This document shows, piece after piece, positions 28,238-39,600 of a stretch of DNA of 64,000 bases. The stretch lies in NCBI GenBank assembly GCA_024405635.1, contig JAKSOL010000004.1, positions 83,563-147,562 on the forward strand. Direction: 5' to 3'. The position numbers were made by a program, and so were the translations under genes. How positions within the stretch are numbered: position 1 is the stretch's first letter; each line of letters starts with the position of its first letter. Below the pieces are notes generated by a model. The model did not search any database, was not told the DNA's origin, and saw nothing but the letters and a program-made list of their open reading frames with translations. Source of the stretch: Salinivirgaceae bacterium. Its GTDB lineage: Bacteria; Bacteroidota; Bacteroidia; Bacteroidales; SZUA-534.

Positions 28238-29530
28238 ATGCCCACAGCAATAAAAATAGAAAACCTAAGCAAGCAATACCGTCTTGGAGTGATTGGCACA
28301 GGCACATTGAGCCACGACCTTAACCGTTGGTGGACCATGAATGTGTTGCGAAAAGAAGACCCATACCTTAAGATAGGCGAGACCAACGACCGCACCACAC
28401 GTGGCGAATCGGACTATGTGTGGGCCTTGCGCGACATAAACATGGAAATAGAGCAAGGCGATGTGGTTGGCATTATTGGCAAAAATGGAGCAGGAAAATC
28501 AACGTTGCTGAAAATCCTATCACGCGTTACTAAACCCACAACAGGCACAATTAAGTACCGCGGACGCATTGCTTCGTTACTCGAAGTGGGCACTGGTTTT
28601 CATGCCGAAATGACTGGACGCGAAAACATATACATGAACGGCTCCATAATGGGCATGACACGCGCCGAAATAACCCGCAAACTCGATGAGATTGTCGATT
28701 TTGCCGGCATTGAGCGCTACCTCGACACTCCCGTAAAACGCTACTCAAGCGGCATGACCGTTCGCCTCGGGTTCTCCATTGCCGCCCACTTGGAACCCGA
28801 TATCCTTGTAGTTGACGAGGTTTTGGCCGTTGGCGATGCCGAATTTCAAAAGAAAGCCATTGGCAAAATGCAAGACGTAAGCAAAGGCGAAGGCCGTACG
28901 GTACTGTTTGTGAGCCATAATATGGCGAGTGTAAAAAGATTATGCAAAAATGGCATATTATTAGAAAATGGACTAATCAAAAAATCGGGATTAATCGACG
29001 AAGTCATCGATTACTATATAGACAACTATCAATCAGAGAAATCAATGCCATATGTGGAAGTGACCAAAGAAATGCATGACAAAAATAGAAGTTTGAAAGC
29101 AAAATTTCTTTCGTTTGAACACATAAAAGGATCCACTAAATATGCAACGGACGAGGATATTGTTTTGCGAATAAAAATATACTCTGATTATGACATTCAA
29201 AATTGCAGAATAAATTCAACCGTTTATACATCTGAAAAAGTGGCAATATGCAATAACTCTTCAGAAGACTATTTCCATATTTATGCTGGCCAAACGATTG
29301 ATGTTGAATACATCATTCACAATCCCGGATTAGTCATAGGCAATTACAATATGAATTTTTCTATTGGCATAGGGAATATGACTGAAGGTGAAACCAATTA
29401 CGATGTAGTGAAAGCTCCTATAACATTTGAGATTGACAAGCCTTACAAAGATGAGAATAAGTACTATGTCAAATGGGACAAACATGGATGGGGGAACATA
29501 TACATGCGTACGGAGACAAGAGTCCTTTAA
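28238..29530 (+). CDS. wzt: Polysaccharide ABC exporter ATPase with C-terminal Wzt_C-like domain
   Basis: Walker A GKNGAGKST, YSSGM signature, VVDEVLAVGD, VSHN; beta-rich C-terminal extension; ATG at 28238. Confidence 0.93.
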   Translation: MPTAIKIENLSKQYRLGVIGTGTLSHDLNRWWTMNVLRKEDPYLKIGETNDRTTRGESDYVWALRDINMEIEQGDVVGIIGKNGAGKSTLLKILSRVTKPTTGTIKYRGRIASLLEVGTGFHAEMTGRENIYMNGSIMGMTRAEITRKLDEIVDFAGIERYLDTPVKRYSSGMTVRLGFSIAAHLEPDILVVDEVLAVGDAEFQKKAIGKMQDVSKGEGRTVLFVSHNMASVKRLCKNGILLENGLIKKSGLIDEVIDYYIDNYQSEKSMPYVEVTKEMHDKNRSLKAKFLSFEHIKGSTKYATDEDIVLRIKIYSDYDIQNCRINSTVYTSEKVAICNNSSEDYFHIYAGQTIDVEYIIHNPGLVIGNYNMNFSIGIGNMTEGETNYDVVKAPITFEIDKPYKDENKYYVKWDKHGWGNIYMRTETRVL

Positions 29531-29547
29531 CAAAAAAAAACTAAACA

Positions 29548-30492
29548 ATGCAATATCGCACATTAGCGGATTTGAGTAATCTCGTCAGAACCAACATATA
29601 CATAGTTCCACACGATATTGATTTGGTTGTAGGAATACCACGGAGTGGAATGTTGCCTGCAAATATGATTGCACTGTTTCTAAACAAAAAGATGTCCGAC
29701 ATAGACTCTTTTTGCGAAGGCAGGATAATGTCAACAGGGAAACGCTCTCAATATATTGCCGATACAGATATTAAAAGAGTCTTAATTGTAGATGACAGCG
29801 TTAATCAAGGAAATTCAATTAAAGCCGCAAAAGATAAACTTACAGTACTGAATGACAAATTTGAATTTGTATATTTAGCTCCAATAGTATCTTCTTGTGG
29901 AAAAGAACTCGTTGACATCTATTTTGAAATCATAGACGACAGAAGAATCTTTGAATGGAATCTATTTCATCATCCAATTATTGGAAGATCATGCCTTGAC
30001 ATAGACGGCATATTAAACAAAGACCCTGAAATTGATGATGATGGCAATATCTACAAACAATTTCTTCATGATGCTACACCTATGTTTCTACCTACAGTAG
30101 AAATTGAAACATTGATTACATGCCGTTTAGAAAAATATAGGAATGACACTGAATCTTGGTTAAAACGACATAATATTAGATATAAAAATCTTGTAATGCT
30201 AGATTTACCCTCACGCGAAGAACGAATCAAATGGGGCCGCTATGGAGAATTCAAAGGAGAGTATTACAAAAATAACAATCAAGTGTTATTCATTGAAAGC
30301 AACAAAAAACAAGCACAAATAATAGCTAACATTTCTAACAAACCTGTAATTTGCTTAGAGTGCAATTCTCTTATCTCTCCAGAAACGAGCGTTAAGCTAA
30401 AAGAGAACAGCAAAAGTCTTATAAAAAAAATGATAAATTTGATTTTACATGGCAAGATTTTTCTCTCTTTATTATTAATAATAGGAAAATGA
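29548..30492 (+). CDS. Type I phosphoribosyltransferase + HAD-like phosphatase fusion
   Basis: VVGIPRSG and PRPP-binding loop VLIVDDSVNQGNSI; second domain CLDIDGIL (DxD), LITCR, a conserved K and LFIES. Confidence 0.8.
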   Translation: MQYRTLADLSNLVRTNIYIVPHDIDLVVGIPRSGMLPANMIALFLNKKMSDIDSFCEGRIMSTGKRSQYIADTDIKRVLIVDDSVNQGNSIKAAKDKLTVLNDKFEFVYLAPIVSSCGKELVDIYFEIIDDRRIFEWNLFHHPIIGRSCLDIDGILNKDPEIDDDGNIYKQFLHDATPMFLPTVEIETLITCRLEKYRNDTESWLKRHNIRYKNLVMLDLPSREERIKWGRYGEFKGEYYKNNNQVLFIESNKKQAQIIANISNKPVICLECNSLISPETSVKLKENSKSLIKKMINLILHGKIFLSLLLIIGK

Positions 30493-31607
30493 AAATATTA
30501 GTATTTACACATAAAAGTAGTTTTTTTGGCGCTTCAAAATCTATTTTTGAAATAACCAATGTGCTATGTAGTGAGCATGAAATAACTTATGTCATTCCCA
30601 ACCATGGGAAAATGGAAGTGGAATTACAAAATGCTCACTATAAATACCTTATACTTCCTAATCCTATTTGGACAATCACACCTAAACCTAAAAAATATAG
30701 TAATTGGAACTATTCTAAGCACTATATCAAGACGAAACTTACATTTCTCATTTCATTTTTATATGCATATAAACAAAGCATCAACACCGTAAGACGATTG
30801 AATCCGGACATTATAATTACAAATACAAGCGTAGCTCCAATGGGGTTAATTGTAGCAAAACACTTGGGAATACAATCCATACTATGGATACGTGAACCAT
30901 TATGTAATAAGACAGGCTGGCAAATTCCTACAATTTTTACAATAAGGCAAGTCGCAAACGTGATTAGCAAGGCTAACATTGTTATTGCCCCTTCAAAATA
31001 CTTAAAGGATTATTATGAAAATACATTTAAATTAAGCAATGTTTACGTCTTGCCTAACATCATTAATTTTTTTCCCAAAAAAATTAATGAACCTCCAAAA
31101 TATACATTTGGCATGGTGGGGTCGATAACGGAACGTAAAGGTCAATACGAATTTGCAAAAGCAATGTTAGAGAATACTACCAAAACATCATTAATCATTT
31201 GGGGAGAAGAGGGAACTGAATATTCACGGAAAGTTGTCAATCTAGCAAAAATGAGTAATGGGAGAATTATAATGGGAGGCTATGAAACAAATTTAGATAG
31301 GATATACTCGTCATTTCATATTTATGTAAATATGGGAATCAACGAGACTTTTGGTAGGACCACCATTGAGGCTATGAGAGCTGGCCGATTGGTATTTGGT
31401 CGAAATTCTGGGGCAACACCAGAATTAATTCAACACGGAATAACAGGCTTTTTATTTAATACGCCGGAAACAATTTTTAATATACTTGGTGACATGGAGT
31501 CTTTTTTTGAAAACGATAAATACAATGACATAAAGGTAAATGCTCTAAAATTTTCTATGAACTATTTGCCGCAGACTATCAAGGAAAATGTGTCATCTTT
31601 ATTTTAA
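30489..31607 (+). CDS. Glycosyltransferase family 4
   Basis: GMVGSITERKGQ, ETFGRTTIEAMRAG, GATPELIQHGITGFLF. Confidence 0.9.
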   Translation: MKILVFTHKSSFFGASKSIFEITNVLCSEHEITYVIPNHGKMEVELQNAHYKYLILPNPIWTITPKPKKYSNWNYSKHYIKTKLTFLISFLYAYKQSINTVRRLNPDIIITNTSVAPMGLIVAKHLGIQSILWIREPLCNKTGWQIPTIFTIRQVANVISKANIVIAPSKYLKDYYENTFKLSNVYVLPNIINFFPKKINEPPKYTFGMVGSITERKGQYEFAKAMLENTTKTSLIIWGEEGTEYSRKVVNLAKMSNGRIIMGGYETNLDRIYSSFHIYVNMGINETFGRTTIEAMRAGRLVFGRNSGATPELIQHGITGFLFNTPETIFNILGDMESFFENDKYNDIKVNALKFSMNYLPQTIKENVSSLF

Positions 31608-31638
31608 ATAGTCATAGCCACCCTAATTTAATAACACG

Positions 31639-32472
31639 ATGAATAAGAGTCCTTTGTTTTCTGTTTTGATTGCAAACTACAATAATGGTTGTTATTTACA
31701 AGAATCAATTGATAGTGTTATAAATCAGACATATCACAATTGGGAGATAATAATAGTAGATGATAAATCTACTGACGATTCCTATTCCATATATAACATA
31801 TATGGATCAGATGATAGAATTCATATTTATTTTAATAAAAACAACAGAGGATGTGGGTTTACGAAAAGAAAATGTATAGAAATGGCTAATGGGGATTTGT
31901 GTGGCTTTTTAGATCCTGACGATGTTATTTTGCCTAGAGCCATTGAAATTATGGTCGAAAAGCATCAAAAGGAGCCTAAAGCATCTGTTGTTTGCTCTAG
32001 ACATTATCGTTGTGATGAGCAATTAAATATTTTAAAAGAAAGCCCTCTTTTGCAAATACCTATTGGTATGGACTATTTTTCGATGAATTCATATAGGCCT
32101 CTTCCATTTGCTTCATTCAAGAAAAGTTTGTACTTAAAAACCCAAGGACTATCCCCTCACTATCTTGCAGCCGTAGATCAAGAATTATATTTTATCATGG
32201 AGGATGTCGGATATATTTGTTCTATAAATGAATTTACATATAAATACAGGATACACAACAGAAGTGTTGCTCATTCTAAAAATTCTTCAGCGGGATACTG
32301 GAATGTGATTGCCATTTATGAGGCTTGTAAAAGAAAAGGGTTGAATCCTATGATATATTCTTATCCTTTATATCAAAAGTATATTGAACTATATAGTAAA
32401 TCTACATCCTACAGAATAGGAAGACTATTATTGACTCCTTTAATTTGGATAAAAACAAAATTGAAAAAATAG
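31639..32472 (+). CDS. Glycosyltransferase family 2
   Basis: SVLIANYN, EIIIVDDKSTD, FLDPDD (DxD), YKYRIH. Confidence 0.92.
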   Translation: MNKSPLFSVLIANYNNGCYLQESIDSVINQTYHNWEIIIVDDKSTDDSYSIYNIYGSDDRIHIYFNKNNRGCGFTKRKCIEMANGDLCGFLDPDDVILPRAIEIMVEKHQKEPKASVVCSRHYRCDEQLNILKESPLLQIPIGMDYFSMNSYRPLPFASFKKSLYLKTQGLSPHYLAAVDQELYFIMEDVGYICSINEFTYKYRIHNRSVAHSKNSSAGYWNVIAIYEACKRKGLNPMIYSYPLYQKYIELYSKSTSYRIGRLLLTPLIWIKTKLKK

Positions 32473-32486
32473 TTTTGTGCTCAACT

Positions 32487-33296
32487 ATGATTTACAAACA
32501 TTTCTTAATAACACGATTTAATATCCCGCATAGTTTCGACAAAGACAAAAACGGAGATGATACAAAGACAGATTCTTATATGGAAAAAAGAATCTGTCTT
32601 TTTGAAACATTTTGTCTTCCTTCCGTACAAAACCAATCCAATAAGGACTTTGTATGGTTTGTCTATTTTGATAAGCACTCACCTCAGATGTTAATGGACA
32701 AAATAAAATCATGGGAAAGGGCGTGTTCTGTTTTTATGCCCAAATATGTTGTTGATTATGATGAATGGCAAAAACATATTTGTAGCGAAGATATTATTAG
32801 TGCTGTAGATGGGCATAATGTTGAATATATTATTACAACAAGGTTAGATAATGATGACGCACTTGGCAAAAATGCAATTCAAGAAATACAAAACCATTTC
32901 ATTTCACAAGACAATACAATTATTGATCTAGTTAATGGTGCATGCTATGACGAAGAAAACCATATATTTTCAATGTTTCGCTATAATGGAAATCCTTTTA
33001 TATCTTATATAGAAAAAAAAACATGCGAACTGCCATCTACTGTTTATAGAAAGAAACATAATGGTTATGGCGGTGACACCAATATCACTACAATCCTTAC
33101 AACTGATCCAATGTGGATGCAAGTTATTAGTAACACCAACATTCTAAACCAAATGTCATATGGGAGATGCCTATGTTCTATCGGCAAGGACAAGTTTGGA
33201 TGTGTTGTCGCCATTAACAAAGCCCAATGTCTAAAAGGCAACATGTTTTATCTTTTATCACGCATAAAAAAAATTATTAAAAAACTATTCACATAA
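32487..33296 (+). CDS. Putative rhamnosyltransferase-like glycosyltransferase
   Basis: HFLITRFN, LFETFCLPSVQNQS, ITTRLDNDDAL motifs of the Rhamno_transf-like family; ATG 32487 preferred. Sugar specificity not established. Confidence 0.75.
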   Translation: MIYKHFLITRFNIPHSFDKDKNGDDTKTDSYMEKRICLFETFCLPSVQNQSNKDFVWFVYFDKHSPQMLMDKIKSWERACSVFMPKYVVDYDEWQKHICSEDIISAVDGHNVEYIITTRLDNDDALGKNAIQEIQNHFISQDNTIIDLVNGACYDEENHIFSMFRYNGNPFISYIEKKTCELPSTVYRKKHNGYGGDTNITTILTTDPMWMQVISNTNILNQMSYGRCLCSIGKDKFGCVVAINKAQCLKGNMFYLLSRIKKIIKKLFT

Positions 33297-33330
33297 TCTT
33301 AAACTTCGGTCAATTTATTTGTCGTAATAT

Positions 33331-34515
33331 ATGAGAGTCTATTATAACATAGCATTTACTATCACCTTATTGACATATTGGTTTTTAACTAAAATATATC
33401 CTTATTTCATACGGCAAACACACAGACAATCAGGAATTTTGTACTTAGAAAACTTTCCAATAGAAAATTCAGGTTATCAGTATAGAGCTTACAAATGGGC
33501 TGAAATACTTTCTCAAAATGGTATAAAATGTGAAATAAAGACAATTCTGCCAGACAAACATGACTTTGACATTTGTAGTCCGCAACGTTTTCTCATTATT
33601 TCAATGCGCAAACGATTTTGGCAATGTTTATATGCTAGAAGGTTTAAAACAGTCATTGTACGAAGAGAGCTTCTTCAGTTCAACGACTATGGCAATCTTT
33701 TCATGGAGAAATTCCTACTGAAGATACATCCTAATGTTATTCTTGACTTTGATGATGACATTGCATCTGCCAAGCGACAACCTCATGAAATAACCAATTT
33801 ATACGGAAAACTATTTTTAGAAAATGGGAATAAGTTCAATGACTCATTAAGATTATATAGCAAATTCATTGTAGGTTCTGAATACCTTAAAAGCAAGGTA
33901 TTATACGAGAATCCCGATGTTTCAGATAATTCTATTTTAGTAATTCCTACTTGTGTGGACTATGATAAATATTCAGCCAAAGAACATCAAAAAGACAATG
34001 ATGAAATCACACTTGGTTGGATAGGTGGAAATCAGAATCTTAATTATTTGGACAAACTAATTGAACCTTTGAACTTATTATCAAAAGACCACAAAATCAA
34101 ATTAGTTGTTGTTGCGGGTAAAGACTATGAGCACCCAAATGCAAGATTCAAGATTGAAAACAAGCAATGGAGCCTTGAAGGTGAAAAGGATTTGATTCGC
34201 AGTTTTGACATTGGACTAATGCCAATTGAAGATAATGCAATAGGTCGTGGAAAATGTGGATTCAAGCTACTTCAATATATGGGGCTTGGGGTCATTGGAA
34301 TAGCAACAAATGTTACTATAAACGGCGAGATAATTACAGATGGAGAAAACGGATTCCTAGTTAAGTCCGACAATTCCAATTGGTATGAAGTGTTGAAAAA
34401 AGCAGTAGATTTGAATGATAAATTTGTGATAATGGGTCAAAATGCAAGGAATCAAATACTAAGCAGGTACACATTCTCTTCTAACATCAATAAATATCTA
34501 GAATGGGTTTCTTAA
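33331..34515 (+). CDS. Glycosyltransferase family 4
   Basis: [44 protein letters not shown]. Confidence 0.9.
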   Translation: MRVYYNIAFTITLLTYWFLTKIYPYFIRQTHRQSGILYLENFPIENSGYQYRAYKWAEILSQNGIKCEIKTILPDKHDFDICSPQRFLIISMRKRFWQCLYARRFKTVIVRRELLQFNDYGNLFMEKFLLKIHPNVILDFDDDIASAKRQPHEITNLYGKLFLENGNKFNDSLRLYSKFIVGSEYLKSKVLYENPDVSDNSILVIPTCVDYDKYSAKEHQKDNDEITLGWIGGNQNLNYLDKLIEPLNLLSKDHKIKLVVVAGKDYEHPNARFKIENKQWSLEGEKDLIRSFDIGLMPIEDNAIGRGKCGFKLLQYMGLGVIGIATNVTINGEIITDGENGFLVKSDNSNWYEVLKKAVDLNDKFVIMGQNARNQILSRYTFSSNINKYLEWVS

Positions 34516-35159
34516 AAAGAATATGGACTGACTTTAAAACCTACTATAAGATAAATTCGGTTTATCCAAGACAATATAAGAATTCCACCATTGAATCTTA
34601 TATTGTAAATGAGTCTATTATCCCCCAAAATATCATAATTAAAAAGGAGGTTTGCATTAGCCAGACATTAACAAGCATTGGAGAATACTCATATATAGGA
34701 ACCCGTTCTGAGATATTGAACTGCGAAAGGATAGGCCGATTTGTTTCGATTTCACACGATGTAAAAATTGGGCTTGATAACCACAAATTAGACGCAATTG
34801 GTACTAACCCAATCTTTTATTCACGCAGTAGGGAATGGGTGGATATTGATTGTAACAAGAAATACATTCCTACAGTAATAGAAAATGATGTTTTGATATC
34901 TGCAAATGCCATGATAATGTCTGGCATTACAATTGGTACAGGTGCTGTTATTGGTGCAGGTGCGTTCGTAAACAAAGATGTACCGCCTTATGCAATTGTT
35001 GTTGGCATTCCAGCAAGAATCATTAGGTATAGATTTGATGAAAAGACAATTGAACGGCTACTAACATCAAAATGGTGGGAGAAGTCAAAAAATGAATTAT
35101 TGACATACAAGGATAAATTTAACAATGTTCCTTCATTTTTAGAAGAAATTGAGAAATGA
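34503..35159 (+). CDS. CatB/Vat-related hexapeptide-repeat O-acetyltransferase
   Basis: [53 protein letters not shown]. Confidence 0.9.
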   Translation: MGFLKRIWTDFKTYYKINSVYPRQYKNSTIESYIVNESIIPQNIIIKKEVCISQTLTSIGEYSYIGTRSEILNCERIGRFVSISHDVKIGLDNHKLDAIGTNPIFYSRSREWVDIDCNKKYIPTVIENDVLISANAMIMSGITIGTGAVIGAGAFVNKDVPPYAIVVGIPARIIRYRFDEKTIERLLTSKWWEKSKNELLTYKDKFNNVPSFLEEIEK

Positions 35160-36322
35160 AACACATTGCAGTACTGTTAAATGGCCCAATAGCAAGCGAC
35201 TCTCGTGTAATACGCGAAATCAAGACAATGTCGCGCATCGCAAATATAGACTTGTTTTACACAAACGGAAACGAAACTGACAACTGCATTTTCGAGAACA
35301 ATGTGCGCCTTTTCAATTGCATCAAGGAGGAAAACCTTCGTTCAAAATTCATACGGCATACTTGTTTCTATAACGAATTCATGTTCTTTGTTCCCAAAGT
35401 TTTGGAACAAGGCATAGCATATGACTATATCTGGGCAAATGATTTACCTGACTTAAAGCCAGCATTGAAGATAAAAAAGGTCATTGGCTCCAAAGTTATT
35501 TATGACTCACACGAAATATATATCGGCACTCTGAATCAATTTTTTCCAAGCAAGGCAAAGTTTTACAAATCCCTATTGCATAAGACTGCATTGTTCTTGA
35601 TGACTGCGCTTGGCCATATGGCTGAAAAAAAAATGGTGAAGCAAATCGATGAATTTGTAACGACAAGTGTTTCTTTTAAAAACTATTTTCAGCAGAAATA
35701 TAACTTGAGTGACATCAAAATAGTAATGAATTGTCCTAGGACACAAACTGATACTGATTTTTTTGACTTTAGAAAGGAATGTGATTTGCCAGCCGATTCA
35801 TTTATTATATTATTTCAAGGTCGGCTCAATGCAGGACGCGCTCTTATGGAAATGATAGAAGCACAACAATATGTAAAACCAAACATTCATTTATTTGTTT
35901 TGGGTGACGGTCCTTTAAAGAAAGATATGATAAATTTTTGCAACAAGTTATCATTGCAAAATGTCCATTTTATAGATGAGGTCCCCTCTTCTGAATTGTT
36001 ACATTATACAAGAGGAGCAAATGCAGGAATAAACTTACAAGCAAGTATAAACATAAGCAAGCACTTAGCATCGGCAAATAAATTATTTGAATACACTCAT
36101 TCTGGCATTCCTACCATAGGTTCTGATGTACCTGAAAATAAATTGATAATTGAAAAATACGATTTAGGGTTATTAGTTAAAAATGAACCTCAAGAAATAG
36201 CATCTGCAATTAATAAAATGTCAGTAATGGATTTGTCAAGATACAAAGCAAATTGCCAAAAAGCTACTCAAGAATACAATTGGGAAAAACAAGAAAATAT
36301 GATTTTGCAGATCATTAAGTAA
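35156..36322 (+). CDS. Glycosyltransferase family 4
   Basis: DSRVIRE, ANDLPDL, IYDSHE, FQGRL, ANKLFEY...GIP, YNWE. Confidence 0.9.
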   Translation: MKHIAVLLNGPIASDSRVIREIKTMSRIANIDLFYTNGNETDNCIFENNVRLFNCIKEENLRSKFIRHTCFYNEFMFFVPKVLEQGIAYDYIWANDLPDLKPALKIKKVIGSKVIYDSHEIYIGTLNQFFPSKAKFYKSLLHKTALFLMTALGHMAEKKMVKQIDEFVTTSVSFKNYFQQKYNLSDIKIVMNCPRTQTDTDFFDFRKECDLPADSFIILFQGRLNAGRALMEMIEAQQYVKPNIHLFVLGDGPLKKDMINFCNKLSLQNVHFIDEVPSSELLHYTRGANAGINLQASINISKHLASANKLFEYTHSGIPTIGSDVPENKLIIEKYDLGLLVKNEPQEIASAINKMSVMDLSRYKANCQKATQEYNWEKQENMILQIIK

Positions 36323-36626
36323 TAGTTATACTATTGTGCATGGAGAAATCATGTTCAACTAATAGTTTTACAAGGAGTAGTCATGAATAAAAACACCCAA
36401 TGATTGTCTTTCCTTAGAGTTTTTACAGAAATGTATCTCTCCCAAATCAATGGTTAAAAATGAGGTTGGGCAAAATGGAATTATGATAATTTTAACCAAA
36501 ACATCTACGAGTATTAGTTCAAATATGTGGTTAAAAAGCGTATTTATGGCAAAAACGCTAGCTTAAATCAAAACATTATTCTATCTAAATACGTATATTA
36601 TATATTTGATTGATTATAGTCGGCGT

Positions 36627-39600
36627 ATGAAGCATATACTCACTCTAGCATTTTTATTTTTGGCATTTATTGCAAATGCGCAAAGTACAAAGAGCATGCG
36701 TGACATTGAAGGTTTAGTGGCATGGTTTTCAGCCGACTCTGTTCATTTGACAGATGATGGACATGTTGATATTCTTTACGATAAGAGTGGGAATAGTAGG
36801 CATGCAGTGCAAAACACTGTAGGTAAGCAACCTATTTGTATGGAGAGAGATTCTTCCATCAACTATCAACGTACTTTGTATTTTGATGGAAATGATTTTT
36901 TTACTTCTTCTTTTGGACAATCCATTTCACAGCCTAGCACCATAGTTGTGCTTTGGCAGCAATTACAGTCAAACGCAAGTACTACTTGTTATACAGGATT
37001 GAGTTCAACCTCTAGGAACCAACTTTATTTATCAAAAAATAAATTTGGATTATATGCTGGACTTGAGTTAAATGCGAAAAACGTTTCAACTACTACATTC
37101 AAACATTCCATTTTCTTCTCGCTATTCAATGGTAATAATTCCTTTTTGGCAATTAACAATCATATTACCATAAGTGGAAATGTAGGAGGATTGGCTTCTG
37201 ACGGATTAATAATTGGTTCATACATTAGTAACAAATATGGCATTGTCGGCAATATCACTGAACTAATATTCATTAATAACACATTATCTGTAGCTGACTC
37301 ATCCGTAATCATGGATTACTTACGCGACAAATACGCTCCAGCAGTTTCACTTAAAGAATTTAATTCTTCATACGGCTTCAAGCCTATGGTATTCAAAAAG
37401 CCTTGGCTTACAAGCCTAATATGGAATGACGGATATACAGATTCTATTAGAGTTTTCTCTCACAACGGTTTTTATAAAGTCACAGCCACCGACATCTTCG
37501 GTTTTACATCTTCTGACTCTGCATACATCTCCATAGTAGAGCCCAATGCTCTAACCGACACCACCATCTGTCTCGGCGACACCATAACATGGAACACAAA
37601 TCTTGCAGGTCCATACACCTACCTCTGGAGCAATGGCAGTACAGACCCTTCGCTCAATATTTCAAGCGGAGGACAGTATTGGGTAGTTATTACCGACACA
37701 GCAGGCTACTCTTGGCACTCCGACATCATTACCGTAACCGTTGATAGTTTTCCAGTTCAAGCAACCCTTGGACCTGATACCATTCGAGCTTGTGTTGGCA
37801 ATTACATTTACCTGGCCAATGGCTACGAGAGTGCAACATCGTACTTGTGGTCAACTGGCGACACCACTAACCACTTTGAGATTTTCGAGAGTGGACTATA
37901 CAGCGTTAGTGTGGTTAATAATCTAGGTTGCCGCGCTATCGATACTGCCTATTATCACGTTGAGGGCATTGCTCCAACTGTTAATTTTTCTTACGATTCG
38001 CTTTGCCAGACGCGCAACATAAAGTTCACCAATCTATCGCATAGCAATGACGAAAGTCCTATTTCTACTTTTAATTGGTGGTTTGGAAATGGAGATTCCT
38101 CAGTTCAACAAAACCCAGAATATACATTCCAATCAAGTGGAAATTTCGAGATAAAACTAATGGTTGAGTGCCAAAATGGATGCGCAAACGAAGTCCGTAA
38201 ATCGCTTACAGTATGGCAGTTACCTACTGCCGATTTTGTGCCTGATGCAGTCTGCTCTGATACAGAAACACAACTCTTTAGCCGCAGCAAGTCACCTGAC
38301 GATACCATCTCACTTTGGCAATGGACCATTGGCGGCATCGGTTATTCCGAAGTTAATCCAAAACTGCAATTTGCCGATGCTGGTAAGGTTGGGGTAACCT
38401 TGGCAGTTGCAACAGCTCATGGTTGTACCGATACAATAAGCAAAACCATCGTTGTGCGTAAAGGTCCTCAAGCCGATTTTAATGTGGGCCCAGTTTGCGT
38501 CGATGCTCCTATTTCGCTTACCAATGCCACCATTAACTATCTCAACTTGGCGGTTGATTATAAGTGGGAAATTGATGACACTGATTTTTCTAATATGCGC
38601 AATGCCGAGTTGGTGCTAAACGATACCGAACCTCACAAAGTAGTTATGACTGTTCGCCAACATTCAAACGGATGTGAATCGAGCGTGCATAAAACTCTTC
38701 AAGCAAAATCTCGTCCCAACGTTGGCTTTGATGTTAACGATGTGTGTGCCAATAGTTTACCTAAACTTATCGCTGCACAAGGTAATAATGTTGAACAACT
38801 TGATTGCGTGTGGACCATCGACACGTTGCCAAAAATCTTTGGTAAGTCGGCCCAGCTAATTAACTTGAAGGAAGGGCCCCATGCCATTACACTTGTTGCT
38901 ACCGATGAGGTTGGCTGTCACGACACGGCATCGGCAATCTTCAATGTATTGCCTGATGTTCAAGCTACTTTCGTTGCTGATGTTGCTGAAGGTGCAGTAC
39001 CTCTTGTTGTTACTTTTAAAAATACAACCACTCAAAACTCGGAATTCAATTGGGATTTTGGCGATGGATATTTTGCAACAGAGCGAAATGTTCAGCATAC
39101 ATTTGCCGATAGTGGAGTGTTTAATGTTACGCTTACTAGCACCACTCCAAATGGTTGTGTTACAAAGGCCGAAAAACAAATTTCAACACGAGTAGCACAT
39201 TCAAACCTTGCCATAGCTCTTGCAAAAGCCAATGTTGTGACCGATTATATTGAAATTGAGGCAACACTCATCAATAAAGGTACAGTTGACGAGCACAATG
39301 TGCTGATTAACTGTACAAACAATTTAGGCCTTGACATAACCGAAGCTTTGCCCGATACCATTTTTGCGCATAAAGTTTATCAGCATAAACTAAATGCACG
39401 GCTCAACTCGCGCGACTTGCAAAACCTTGAGTTTGTGTGTCTAAGCATCAAATCGGATAATACAGACGAAGACGAGACCGATAATGAATTCTGCATATCG
39501 TTTACCGATAATAGGTTTGTTGTGCTTCAGCCAAAACCAAACCCAGCAACCGACCATGTTAACATCGAATTTGTGACACAAGATGGTGGTAATGCACAAC

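Noticed and set aside
34503-35159. Antibiotic-resistance acetyltransferase (CatB/Vat)
   Set aside because: It overlaps GT genes on both sides within a glycan locus, so sugar O-acetylation is the simpler explanation.
36323-36600. Pseudogene remnant between the last GT and the T9SS gene
   Set aside because: Only short stop-interrupted frames with no recognisable motif; cannot be supported without a homology search.
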